From NCBI GenBank assembly GCA_965226375.1, contig CBDDCX010000007.1:1-64000 (forward strand): DNA of 64,000 nucleotides, in the 5' to 3' direction. The notes under the pieces are model-generated. The model was not told the DNA's origin. It saw only the letters and a program-made list of their open reading frames with translations, and did not search any database. This document shows, piece after piece, positions 19,733 through 29,585 of the stretch. Each line of letters starts with the position of its first letter. The first letter of the stretch is position 1. This DNA is from Longimicrobiales bacterium (GTDB taxonomy: Bacteria; Gemmatimonadota; Gemmatimonadetes; Longimicrobiales; Gaopeijiaceae). The position numbers and the translations under genes were made by a program.

Positions 19733-20581
19733 TGCCTCCACAGCGGCGTGTTCACCCGCACACAGGCGACGCGGTTCCTGGACACGCATCACGAGCGGGC
19801 GCGCCGCCTCGTCCACGCGCTGATCGCGCAGGGCCTCGCCGCCGAGGAGACCGTGCCGGGCGTTCGGGGGATCGGCCGCGTGTGCCGGATCTACGCACGG
19901 AGCCTCTATCGCGCGCTCGGAGCCGAGCACATCCGCCACCGCCGCACGGCGTCCGCCGACGTGCTCATGCGCCGCCTGCTCTCGCTCGACTACGTGATCG
20001 AGCACTCGGCTCTGCCCTGGCTCCCGACCGAGCACGAGAAGGTCGCCGCGTTCGAGGCCCTCGGGATCGAGCGCGAGTTGCTGCCCTCGCGCCTCTACCG
20101 CGGCGCCGCCGGGGACACCCGGCGCTGCTTCCCGCTCAAGCTGCCGGTCGCACTGGACTCGGGCCGTGCAGTGTTCGTATACGTCGATCCCGGCCACGAC
20201 ACCTCGACCGCGCTCCGTTCCTGGGGAGCGGCGCACCGCGGGCTCTGGCTCGCGCTCGAAAACCAAGGCCGGTCCGTCGAGGTCGTCGCCGTCGCCCGCA
20301 CTTCGCGGGAGATGGACCGGGCCCTGGCCGTGATGAGCGGCTGGGCTGAGGCGTCCGGCCCCGGCGAGCCCGACGCCGGGATCCGTGAGGAACTTGCCCG
20401 GATCGAGCGGGCGATCCTTCAGGGCGCGGTCCAGATCCTCGAGGAGTTCGGAGGCCTGCAAGCCGCCCTGAAACGCAGCGTGGCGCTGGAGAAGCAGGCC
20501 CGCCGGCAGGCAGGCCGCGGGGCGATTCACCACGGCGTCGCCTGGCAAACGGTGCGCCTCGCGGGAGCGCGCTACCGGTGA
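19733..20581 (+). CDS. Mobile-element hypothetical protein, N-terminally clipped (CLHSGVFTR...LLSLDYV...WLPTE family)
   Basis: Open frame begins at the junction with the integrase fragment; a homologous fragment lies at 35003-35220. Confidence 0.7.
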   Translation, partial: CLHSGVFTRTQATRFLDTHHERARRLVHALIAQGLAAEETVPGVRGIGRVCRIYARSLYRALGAEHIRHRRTASADVLMRRLLSLDYVIEHSALPWLPTEHEKVAAFEALGIERELLPSRLYRGAAGDTRRCFPLKLPVALDSGRAVFVYVDPGHDTSTALRSWGAAHRGLWLALENQGRSVEVVAVARTSREMDRALAVMSGWAEASGPGEPDAGIREELARIERAILQGAVQILEEFGGLQAALKRSVALEKQARRQAGRGAIHHGVAWQTVRLAGARYR

Positions 20582-20722
20582 CGACCGGCGCGCGTCTCAT
20601 GGCCGCACTGGAGTGTGCAAACGACGCGGGGGTCCGATGCGCACTTTGGCCCTCCGGCGATGCGCGCCGGTGCTACGGAGTAAGCCACGACACGGCCACG
20701 TCTTGCGCCTTCGCGGCCGGGT

Positions 20723-20868
20723 CGGTCAGCGCCGCACGGGCAGCACTGACCGGGACGGGAGCGACCCCCCAGTCCGAGGGCCTGGTACGGGTTCGGAGGC
20801 AGGTGTGTTTGCGCACCTGCCCCCGCCCTCCTGGGGTCGCTCCCGAGCCATCGATCCTTCCAGGAAGG
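20723..20868 (+). ncRNA. Candidate structured non-coding element
   Basis: Stems CGGTCAG/CTGACCG, CGGGAGCGACCCC/GGGGTCGCTCCCG (13 bp, long range), GGCAGGTG/CACCTGCC, CCTTCC-A-GGAAGG; the 3' part recurs at ~17020-17062. Confidence 0.35.
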
Positions 20869-21042
20869 GTGTTGGACCGATGAGGCCGGCTACGCTCGCC
20901 ATCATCGGCACCGCTCTGGGAGCGGCCGCCGGCCACGCTTTCCGGGCGCCGTTCCCCGCGGCAACGTGCCACACTCGCCACCTCTAAGTTTAGGTTCGGC
21001 CACCAGGTTGATCGCAAACGCGCTGCTCGCCAAACGCTAACG

Positions 21043-21078
21043 GACCCCGGAAGGCGGCTGGATCCACCTCCCGGGGTC
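21043..21078 (-). terminator. Hairpin downstream of the TonB receptor
   Basis: GACCCCGG...CCGGGGTC stem about 60 bp after the stop codon. Confidence 0.5.
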
Positions 21079-21138
21079 GTCGCGTTGTCGGTGCGAAATC
21101 GGCGTCAGCGTCCACCAGTTCCGCACCGCTGCGTCCAA

Positions 21139-24075
21139 CTACCAGCTGTAGGACAGCTTGGTGTAGTAGAACCCCCCGTTGAAGCCGAACGGGCTGTACT
21201 CGCCATATCGCTGACCGGAGCCGGCGGCGGCGAGGGGGAACTCGCCCGGATAGGTGTTCAGCGCATTCTGAGCACCGACCGTAAGTGTGTAGTTGTCGGC
21301 AAACGTCTGGGCCACCTCGAAGTCGAGCAACTGGCGTCCTGGATAACGAGTCGTGACAACTTCATCGCCGGAGTAGGGCGCGTACCTCTCGAAGACGCCG
21401 TCCCAATGGCTGCCCCGCACTAGCAGGCGGGTCCCGCCCGGGAAAACGTGATTGACGGTCACGTTCCCTCTCACGAAGGGCAGCCCCTTCTCCAGCGCGT
21501 TCACACGACTGTCGTCCAGCGTCTCCGAGTTGTGCTCGGTCACGTTCGTGTTAGTGACGTTCCAAGCTGCGCTCACGGTGGTGACGCCCCGCTCGTTCTC
21601 GACATCGTAGGCGGCCACCACGTCGAGCCCCTGCGTCCTGGTCGAGAAGTCGTTCACGAAGAACTGGAACTTCTTGAGCACGCCGCCGGGCCGGATAATG
21701 CCGTCCGCAACCAGACGCTGGATCTCGTCGTTCGTGAGGATGATGTTCTTGCTGGTGGTGAGACGCTGCGACACGTCGATCAGGAAGTAGTCCGTGGTAA
21801 GGCTGAAGTTGCCCCGTTGGAACACGCCACCGAAAGACAGGTTGACCGCATTCTCCGGCTCCAAGGGCTCTCCACCGTACTCTTGGGCGAGCGCCGATGT
21901 CGAGGGGATTGTACCGTTGTTGGTAAGGTCCTTGAGGGCAGGATCGTAGATGGTCGAGATGTTGAAGGCGTTCTGCTGTCCGGGGGTAGGTGCTCGGAAT
22001 CCGGTGCTGGCGGCACCTCGCAGCGCGAATCCGTCGGATAGGCTCACGCGTCCGGCAATCTTCCCTTTGACCGTAGTCCCGAAGTCCGAAAAGTGCTCGA
22101 CCCGGCCCGCCACGCCGAGGGTCCAGGCGCCGTCCGGATCGCGGAACTCGAGGTCCCCGTATCCCGCGAAGTTGCTGCGGTTCCAAGCTCCCGCCGTGAG
22201 CGGCCCAAACCCGCTGAAGCCGTTGGAGGCGGGGGTGAAGCCTTGCGAGGCCAGCGGCCCCTCGGTCCAAGATGGCTCGTCGCCCTGAACGATCTCGAAC
22301 CGCTCGTTACGCCACTCCGCGCCACCCGCGATGTTGACCCGGTCGTTGACGGCGTAGGAGAGATCGACGTTGAGGTTGGTTTCCAGTTGGTCGTAGATTC
22401 CCGGGTTGAAGTACGGAGTGCAGGGCTGGTCGGGAACGGCCGGTGAGGTTCCCTTGTCGCTGCACGGCTGGTCGGGCCCGAGCGAGGCGTTGACGGTGTT
22501 GTACATGTAGAAGTCGAGGCTGGAGTTGCCAAAGGCCGCGCTGGCGTCCCACGACAACCGACCGCTGGTCCCTCGAAGCCCCACTACCGCGGAGGCGTCG
22601 GAGATATAGGATCCGAACTGCGGCGTAAACCCACCGGGGAACATCCTCTGGAAGGTGAAGCAGTTGGGATTGTCCAGGACCTCCTCCCACGCAGCCATGT
22701 CGGCCACGAGGCCGTCCACGACCCGGACTTCCGGACACCCGGCCGATTGGTCATCCACTCCGTCGGCGGCATCCAACATGTCGCCGACCAACAATAGCGG
22801 AACCTGCAATGTCCCACCTTCCGGGTTGGGAACCGGTGTCCCGTTAACTAGTGTACTGTCCCTGCTGGTCCCGAACACGCCGCCACGGGTGTTCGGATTC
22901 CGGAAGTAGAAGCCGCCCTCGACCTGCTTGGACGCGTAGTTGCCGTGCCCGTAGAACAAAAGGTTGTCGCGGAAGGCGTAGGCCGAATTCACCCACAGCT
23001 TGAAGTCGTTCGAGACCGTCGGCGACCCCCAGATCTGCGCGGGTGTGCGCACGTGGGGGCTCCCGGAGGCGATCAGCCTTTTGGCGTCGTTGCGTTGAAC
23101 ACCGCGATCGGTCGGATCGGCGTTGCCGTATTCGCCGGTCAGGTTCAGGAAGCCGGACTCTCCCAGCGGCAGGCCGAAGTTGCCCGACAGCGTGTACATG
23201 TCGCCGTCGCCCGGGAACAGGCCACCCTCCAGAAGCTCGGTTGTCTCGGCGAGCAGGTGCCCGCCCGTCTTGACCTCGATCGAGCCGCCGGAGCGGTCGT
23301 TCTTGAGGACGAAGTTCATGACCCCCGCGATCGCGTCGGACCCGTACTGGGCGGCCGCGCCGTCGCGCAGGACCTCGGCCTGCTCCAGCGCGAGTCCGGA
23401 GAAGAGTGAGATGTCGGGGCCCTGCGCGCCGTCGGCGATGCTGTTGCCGTACCACACGATCACCGCAGAGCGGTGACGCCGCTTCCCATTCACGAGCACC
23501 AGCGTCTGGTCGGGCGAGAGGCCGCGCAGGTTAGCTGGCCGCGAGAAGGTGGCGGCGTCACTGATGGGCTGGGTGTTGACGTTGAAGGAGGGTACGACGT
23601 TGCGCAGCACGTTTGCGAAGTCGACGTCGCCTTGGTTGATGATCTCGCTGGCGGGGATGACGTCCACCGGAACGGCCGACTCCGTCACGGTGCGCGGTCG
23701 AGCGCGGGTTCCGATGGCCGTGATCCCGCCGAGGATGACCGCCTCCACGGACAAGGCCACATCGAGGCGGGACTCCGAGCCAGCTGTGACCGTAACCTCC
23801 TGCCTCACAATGGCGTACCCGATGAGCTGAATCTCGACCATGTGGGTGCCCGCGGGCACGCCCCGGACTTCGAAGGCACCGTCGTTGTCGGACAGCGTTC
23901 CGACGGGAGGGGCGTAGATGAAGACTTGGGCACCCGCGAGGCCTTGGTTGGTGGCATCGTCGCGGACGGTGCCCGCGATGGTGCCATCCTGCGCAGCCAC
24001 CAAGGTGGGCAGAACCATCGTTAGGGACAAACCAATAAGTACCCATCGTGGGGTGATGACTAGGGCAAATCTCAT
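21139..24075 (-). CDS. TonB-dependent receptor with N-terminal carboxypeptidase-regulatory-like domain
   Basis: Signal peptide; SAVPVDVI, LRGLSPDQTLVLVNGKRRH, EVLRDGAAAQYGSDAIAGVMNF, STGFRAP; terminal YSW. Confidence 0.95.
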   Translation of the reverse strand: MRFALVITPRWVLIGLSLTMVLPTLVAAQDGTIAGTVRDDATNQGLAGAQVFIYAPPVGTLSDNDGAFEVRGVPAGTHMVEIQLIGYAIVRQEVTVTAGSESRLDVALSVEAVILGGITAIGTRARPRTVTESAVPVDVIPASEIINQGDVDFANVLRNVVPSFNVNTQPISDAATFSRPANLRGLSPDQTLVLVNGKRRHRSAVIVWYGNSIADGAQGPDISLFSGLALEQAEVLRDGAAAQYGSDAIAGVMNFVLKNDRSGGSIEVKTGGHLLAETTELLEGGLFPGDGDMYTLSGNFGLPLGESGFLNLTGEYGNADPTDRGVQRNDAKRLIASGSPHVRTPAQIWGSPTVSNDFKLWVNSAYAFRDNLLFYGHGNYASKQVEGGFYFRNPNTRGGVFGTSRDSTLVNGTPVPNPEGGTLQVPLLLVGDMLDAADGVDDQSAGCPEVRVVDGLVADMAAWEEVLDNPNCFTFQRMFPGGFTPQFGSYISDASAVVGLRGTSGRLSWDASAAFGNSSLDFYMYNTVNASLGPDQPCSDKGTSPAVPDQPCTPYFNPGIYDQLETNLNVDLSYAVNDRVNIAGGAEWRNERFEIVQGDEPSWTEGPLASQGFTPASNGFSGFGPLTAGAWNRSNFAGYGDLEFRDPDGAWTLGVAGRVEHFSDFGTTVKGKIAGRVSLSDGFALRGAASTGFRAPTPGQQNAFNISTIYDPALKDLTNNGTIPSTSALAQEYGGEPLEPENAVNLSFGGVFQRGNFSLTTDYFLIDVSQRLTTSKNIILTNDEIQRLVADGIIRPGGVLKKFQFFVNDFSTRTQGLDVVAAYDVENERGVTTVSAAWNVTNTNVTEHNSETLDDSRVNALEKGLPFVRGNVTVNHVFPGGTRLLVRGSHWDGVFERYAPYSGDEVVTTRYPGRQLLDFEVAQTFADNYTLTVGAQNALNTYPGEFPLAAAGSGQRYGEYSPFGFNGGFYYTKLSYSW

Positions 24076-24311
24076 CGTGAAACTCTCCGAGCTAGAAGAT
24101 AAGTCGGCTACGGCCCAGCACGGACCATGGGCGATACAGGACGTCCTCTGGTGCTTGGGAAGCACTTGCAGCATGAAGAATGTTCCATGTGCACCCTTCT
24201 ACGGGAGGACGACCAGACCACTTGGCGAAAAGTAGGGACCATAGACCGGTTCCAGAAAGTATTGGGCCTGTGAAGGCCGCGATACCCCGGTTCCGAGCAC
24301 GGTGCTCCGAG

Positions 24312-24658
24312 CTAGCCCGGCGGTGCCTCGTCGTGCCGCGACTGCCCACGCTTGGCCGGCGTCACCTCTTCACCGTAGATGTCAAAAAGCCGCTCCAGGG
24401 TGAGCGGCTCGGACTCGGCTTCGGCCTTGCCCTCGATCTCCGGCCCGAGGTAGCCGGCGGCGAACTCGTCCGCCTGCCGCTTCGCCCGTCTCCAGTCGCG
24501 GTGCTTCAGCGACCTTGTGCCTCCTCCAGCCTGCGCCCGTTGTCGCGCCACTCGATCTGGAACAGGCCGGTCTTGGGATCGGGAAAGACCCGTACCCGGT
24601 TCCGGCCCCATTCGCCGGCGCCGTAGGAGCGCCGGATAGGTTTCGTGCGTGCCATCAT
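24312..24658 (-). pseudogene. N-terminal fragment of a tyrosine recombinase/integrase
   Basis: RVRVFPDPKTGLFQIEWR...SLKHRDWRRAKRQADEFAA...PLTLERLFDIYGEEVTP arm/core-binding-like segment; frameshifted and without a catalytic domain. Confidence 0.6.
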
Positions 24659-25045
24659 TCGATTCCTCTCTCGATGATGGACTGCACGATCTGCGCGTTG
24701 GAAACTTCGCCTCGGCGATGCTTTCTCCACCAGTAGCGGTGTGGCTGGCGCCTGGGTCTTCCGTGGCAGGTGGCTGCGAGCGATCCTGGGCGCGCCGGGC
24801 CTTCCGGCGTTGGGGATCTTGCCGTCGCGCACGAGGCGGCCGAGATGGTCAGCGGAGTAGCCGCTCTCCCTGGCTGCCTCCGTCAGCGAGAGGGTGGTCT
24901 CGTCCCTCTCCCGGAGCGTGGCCTCGAGCTCGGCCGCGCAGCTTTCGAGCGCGACGGCCGGCGTGTCGCCCCCGTACCGGCGGAGCGCCTTGGCCTGTCT
25001 CCGCCAGGTCGCGGGCAAGGCCTCGACGGATGCACGGCCGGTCAT
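24655..25045 (-). CDS. Excisionase-like HTH protein (apparent frameshift near the C-terminus)
   Basis: LSLTEAARESGYSADHLGRLVRDGKIP; an alternative frame ends NAQIVQSIIERGIE* overlapping the integrase ATG. Confidence 0.65.
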
Positions 25046-25061
25046 GCGCGTCCGTCCGCTT

Positions 25062-25376
25062 TCATTCCCAGTCACCTTCGGCGTCTCTGCGTAGCGCGTC
25101 GGTGAGGGCCGGGTCCCCCTCGCCGCGCCGAACGGAGCGCTCGGCTAGATCGACGCGCCGCCCCAGGTCGGCGAGCCCGGCGGCGCGTGCGACGGCGTAG
25201 ATGGCGGCCGCGACGGCTGCGAGGGCGAGCGCCAGGTGCAGGGCGAGCAAGACGCCGTGTTCGGCGAGGAGGAGCGGCCAATACGGCGCGAGGTATTCGA
25301 GGCGCGGCCCGGCGAGCAGCACGGCAGACCCCGCGATGGCGGCGGTGAGGCCGGCGCTGATTTTCCAGGGCTGCAT
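25062..25376 (-). CDS. Small membrane protein of the mobile element
   Basis: Two hydrophobic segments; co-oriented in the operon. Confidence 0.6.
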   Translation of the reverse strand: MQPWKISAGLTAAIAGSAVLLAGPRLEYLAPYWPLLLAEHGVLLALHLALALAAVAAAIYAVARAAGLADLGRRVDLAERSVRRGEGDPALTDALRRDAEGDWE

Positions 25377-25394
25377 GGCGGGCTTCTCCCGTAG

Positions 25395-26297
25395 TCAGAG
25401 TTCGACTGCGGCCGGATCGCGGTCGGCGGGTCCCCGCAGCGAGGAGCGGTCGCCGCCGCCGCCCAGGCCGAGCGTGCGCAGCAGCCGCGCCGCCGCCGGT
25501 CCGTTGGCGTGGAGCGCGAACCCGGCCGCCGCTTTCGCCTTGATGGCCCCTTCGCGGTAGTTGCCGGACGCGACCTCGATGTTGACGCGTCCAGCTCGCC
25601 CCTCAGAGTCGGTGTACTCGATCTGCGCGTCCGGGTAGAGCACGTGCCCTTCGTCGTCGACCGGGAGTCCGAGTTCGCCGGCGGTGCGGTGCCGTTCGGC
25701 ATCGGCGGCCCGCTTGCCGTCCTTCAGCCGCGCCGCCTCGCTCCCGCGCGCGACGGCGCTCTTGAGTTCGGTGTCGAGCCGGATGCGCCGCACGGTGGCG
25801 CCCCGGTCGAGCAGGCGCTGCTTCTCCTTCATGCAGGCGCGGTAGACGGCGGTGTCGTGCGCGGCTTGCGCAGGCCGGGTGCGTGCGAACCGGATTTCCT
25901 GGCTGGGATCCATCCCCCGTTCGGCGGCCCGCTTCCGAGCTTCGGCCACGCCGCTGCGGGTGAGCGTCAGCACCTTGAACGGGTTGCCGTTGGGTCCGGT
26001 GGCCCGGGTCTCGGTGACGAGCCCTTCGCGTATCCAGGCGTTCACGGCCCGCCGGGTGGTGTAGGGGTGTCCGCCGAAGCGGGCCTCGGCCAGATCGCGG
26101 TACGAGACGGCGCCGTAGACGCCGATGTCGGCGAGCCCGCGCGCGCACCGTTCGGGGAAGGAGGTGGACCCGCGGTCCCGGCTCGCGGCGTATTCTCGGC
26201 GGTGGCCGTCCCGCATGCGGTAGCGATTGCGGCTGGGTGGCGCGGCGGGCCGCGGGTCCGGTTCGACCGTGCGGTCGAACATATCCTGGCTCCTCAC
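25395..26297 (-). CDS. wHTH plus PD-(D/E)XK-like protein, putative replication-relaxation (Replic_Relax)-like relaxase
   Basis: wHTH-like N-part (LTLTRSG), QAAHDTAVYR, YPDAQIEY...VNIEVASGNY. Confidence 0.55.
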   Translation of the reverse strand: MRSQDMFDRTVEPDPRPAAPPSRNRYRMRDGHRREYAASRDRGSTSFPERCARGLADIGVYGAVSYRDLAEARFGGHPYTTRRAVNAWIREGLVTETRATGPNGNPFKVLTLTRSGVAEARKRAAERGMDPSQEIRFARTRPAQAAHDTAVYRACMKEKQRLLDRGATVRRIRLDTELKSAVARGSEAARLKDGKRAADAERHRTAGELGLPVDDEGHVLYPDAQIEYTDSEGRAGRVNIEVASGNYREGAIKAKAAAGFALHANGPAAARLLRTLGLGGGGDRSSLRGPADRDPAAVEL

Positions 26298-26303
26298 CGA
26301 CCG

Positions 26304-27333
26304 TCAGCGGCGCGGCCCGAAACTGCGTTCCGGCACGGGGAGCGGCGGCACGGGATGGACGATTCGCTCAGGCGCCGGCGCGCGGGTCGCGGCCACGGCC
26401 GCGGGTTCGCGCACGGCCTCGCGCTCGCGGTGCCGCGAGAGCACGAAGTCGGAGATCTTCTGTGCGTCGGCCGCGGCGCGGCGGATCTCGCGGGGGTCCT
26501 CCTCGAGGGCGGCGACCCACCCCTCGACATAAGCGGCTCCGCGGCTCGGGTCGTGGCCGACCCCCACGCGCTCGCCCGTCATCATGGCGCTGATTTCGGC
26601 CCGTAGCTCCTCCTTCGCGTAGGCCGGCGACCCGAACCCTTCAGAGATCCCTTCGATCAGTGTTGGGCGGTTCATCCGTTCCGGATGGCCGGTGCTGTGC
26701 CCCAGCTCGTGCAGCGCCGTCTGGTAGTAGTGGTTCGCGGAGGGGAACTGTCCGCGTTCGGGCAGCACGATCTCGTCGTTGTTCAGCGAGTAGAACGCCC
26801 GGTCTCCGGCCACGTGACGGACGGGAACCCCGCTGTCCTCGAGGACGCGTTCGGCCTGCTGGTGGGCCTTCCAGAGCGGCTCGGCAGCGGGCGCGGGCCG
26901 GGGCCGGCAGCCCGTCGGTCTGCTCGGCGTTGAACACGGTGTACTGGCGGACGAAGGGCGCCTGGAGGCGCTCGTGGCGGTAAACGCGCTTGCCTTCGTT
27001 GTCCCTCTTGGGCCGGCCGCGCTCGTCGTTGACGGCGATCTTCCGGTGGTCCTGGAACGAGAGGATGCGAGTGCCCTGCTCGCCCTTGCGCACCTGTCCG
27101 TCCCGGGCTTGGATCTGGCGGTAGGTGCCCCAGCGCACGTCGCCGTAGCCGCGCTCCTGCTGCACGGCGGCGAGATGCAGGCTGTTCCCTCCCCTGTAGG
27201 AGCGTCCGGTATCGACGTTCGCGGGGAGCACGCGCTCGCCCGGCCCCCAGGGCTTCTGCCACGGCGCGGTGCCCTGGCGGATCTGCTCGATGATGGCGTC
27301 GGCGAACTGGCGGTGGTATTCGTCGTGTTTCAT
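26304..27333 (-). CDS. ardC: ArdC-family ssDNA-binding antirestriction protein with zincin-like domain; frameshift near 26895
   Basis: APWQKPW, YRGGNSLHL, WGTYRQI, VRKGE, TVFNAEQ; then AFYS...LHELGHSTGH, YAKEELRAEI in a second frame. Confidence 0.9.
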
Positions 27334-27530
27334 CGGTCTTCCTCCTCGGGGCCGTGCGGATCCTCTCCGGCGTCGCGGATCTCGTCCTCGCTGCCCACGT
27401 CCTCGGAGAAGAGGCCGTACTCTTCGGCCAGCGAGGCCGGCACCTCGAGCGTCTCGCCTCCGTCGCGCGCGAGTTCGCGGTCGAAGTCATCGAGCGTCTC
27501 GACGCGAACGATGTTCTCGTCGCCTTTCAT
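27330..27530 (-). CDS. Small highly acidic protein (66 aa)
   Basis: GGAGG RBS; ATGA overlaps with both neighbours; very D/E-rich. Confidence 0.65.
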   Translation of the reverse strand: MKGDENIVRVETLDDFDRELARDGGETLEVPASLAEEYGLFSEDVGSEDEIRDAGEDPHGPEEEDR

Positions 27531-28265
27531 GGGTTCACCTCCTTGGTGTGTGGGTGCTGTTCTTGCGGGGCTTCGTCGGCCCCGCTCCAGATCGGTTCGG
27601 CGATCCAGCGGCCCTTGGCCGCGTCGTAGCCGCGCACTTCGAGCGCCTCCTCGACGAACCGCCTGCCCCGTTGCCGGGTCGTGTGCAGCACAAGTGCGAT
27701 CCCGTCCACGACGCCCCGGCAGGTGACCTCCCAGGGAAGCGCGCCTTCGGCCTGCATGGCGCAGCTCGCCAGGCGCGAGAGCGCGGAGCGGGCGTTGTTC
27801 GCGTGGATGGTGGTCAGCGATCCGCCGTGGCCGGTGTTGAGCGCCTGCAGCAGATCGGCGGCCTCGCCGCCCCTGACCTCGCCGACGACGGTGTGGTCGG
27901 GCCGGTGGCGGAGCGCGTGCCGCACCAGGTCGCGGATCGAGACGGAGGTCTCGGTGCCGACAGCCCCGGCCTCGAAGCGGAGGCAGTTGGCACGGTCGAT
28001 CCTGAGTTCGAGCGTGTCCTCGATGGCGACGATCCGCTCGTCTTCGGGCAGCAACTCGATCAGCGCGTTGAGGAGCGTCGTCTTGCCCGAGCCCGTGCCT
28101 CCGGAGACCAGGATGTTCCTGCGGGCCAAGAGGGCCGACCGGGCGGCCCCGAGGACCGTCTCCGGCAGCGAGCCCATGCGCACCAGGTCCTGAGCCGAGA
28201 ACGCGCGGCCCCCGAACCGGCGTATGGTGAGGGCGACCTCGGGACTCGCGGGCGGCACTGCGCGA
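27527..28265 (-). pseudogene. VirB11/TrbB/CpaF-family ATPase, 5'-truncated
   Basis: GGTGSGKTT, IEDTLEL, RPD...GEVRGGEA, NTGHGGSLTTIHAN; N-terminal domain missing. Confidence 0.88.
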
Positions 28266-28284
28266 GCAGGTGGGGGCAACCGCT

Positions 28285-28422
28285 ATGAGCGGCCTGGTCG
28301 GGACGCTATCCTGCGACTCGTTCGGCGACTGCGGCACGGGCCGGATGAACATCTACCACCACACGGACAGGAGCGTCACCGACGTTTCCAAGCTGCCGGT
28401 GGTCTACGTATACAGCCCCTGA
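28285..28422 (+). pseudogene. C-terminal scrap of a LivK-like ABC substrate-binding protein
   Basis: Reads SGLVGTLSCDSFGDCGTGRMNIYHHTD...VYSP*; family call from recalled similarity. Confidence 0.4.
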
Positions 28423-28478
28423 GCCGGTAGGCGGGCCGGTTTCCGGGGATCGTCCCGGCGATCCGACGGCCACCGGGG

Positions 28479-28610
28479 CTACGTGGCGGGTTCGAGCGGA
28501 TGCCGGTGTCCGGTCACCCGGAACTTGAAGTTCTCGTCGGGGCAGACCTTGGGCAGCGAACTCAGCTTGAGCCGGTAGTTTTCGGGCGCCAGTTCAAGCT
28601 CCAGGTGTTC
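28479..28610 (-). pseudogene. C-terminal scrap, possibly cytochrome P450
   Basis: HLELELAPENYRLKLSSLPKVCPDENFKFRV...* resembles a P450 tail; no heme Cys motif remains. Confidence 0.3.
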
Positions 28611-28640
28611 GGGGGTTTTGGGGGGATTCCGCAACCCGAA

Positions 28641-29081
28641 GGCTACGGCCGGGACGAGACGATCGCCAAGGCGCTCGAGAGCGGCGCCGCCGACTACATC
28701 GTCAAGCCGTTCTCGCCGACCGAGCTCGTCGCGCGGGTCCAGGCGGCGCTACGTGCCCGGGCCGTGCCCGAGACGTTCGTGCACGGGGAGCTCGCCATCG
28801 ACTACGGCCGCCGACACGTGAGCGTGGCCGGCCGCGAGGTCCCGCTCACGGCCACCGAGTTCGACTTGCTGCGCATCCTCTCGCTCAACGGGGGACGCGT
28901 GGTCACTACGGAGGCGCTCCTCCGACAGGTGTGGGGGCGCCGGGGCTCGGACGACACCGATCGCGTGCGCACCGTCGTCAAGAAGCTCCGCCACAAGCTC
29001 GGCGACGCCGCCGCCAAGCCCACCTACGTCTTCAACGAGCACGGCGTCGGATACCGCTTCGCGAGGCCGGGCCCAGCCTAA
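28641..29081 (+). pseudogene. C-terminal fragment of an OmpR/KdpE-type response regulator
   Basis: GAADYIVKPFSPTELVARV, LTATEFDLL, LRHKLGD, HGVGYRF; phosphoacceptor region missing. Confidence 0.85.
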
Positions 29082-29585
29082 CCGAGGACAAAACTGGTCT
29101 GTAAAAAGGAACTAGGATGCCGAGAGCCCGAGCCCGTGGCTTCACTGCACCTATTTCGACAGGGTTCGGACGCAGCACGGCAGTCGGGAACTGATTCCTT
29201 GCCGTGACTTTCGCCACCCGTGTTCCGTTTACTGTACTTTTATGCCCGAAGGTAGCCCGCGTATCGCCCGGGAACGATAGACCATCCTACGCTTCCTCCG
29301 ATCGATCCTCCTGCTCGATCACGTCGGAGATGAACTCAACAGCGGCGTCGTTGTAAATCGAAGGGGTCCCTGCGGATGGCACTCCGCTTTGTTCGTATTG
29401 ACGCTCTTGCTCCTTGTTTCGGAACACGTAAGCTGAGTACCTTCGGTCTTCCTTTATCTCCTGCTCTCGGATCGTTGCCCAAATCCGGTTCGATCCGGTG
29501 CCGGGAACCCGCTGCTTGACCCTTCTCGCCATCTCCATCGCTGCATATGGATACGCCTCGGTGAGCTTTTCGGGTATTGTCAGTA

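Noticed and set aside
24076..24310. Cobalamin or TPP riboswitch upstream of the TonB receptor
   Set aside because: No recognisable conserved riboswitch boxes seen
24506..25075. Natural Xis-integrase fusion protein
   Set aside because: Better explained by a frameshift; the alternative frame ends in a stop overlapping the integrase ATG
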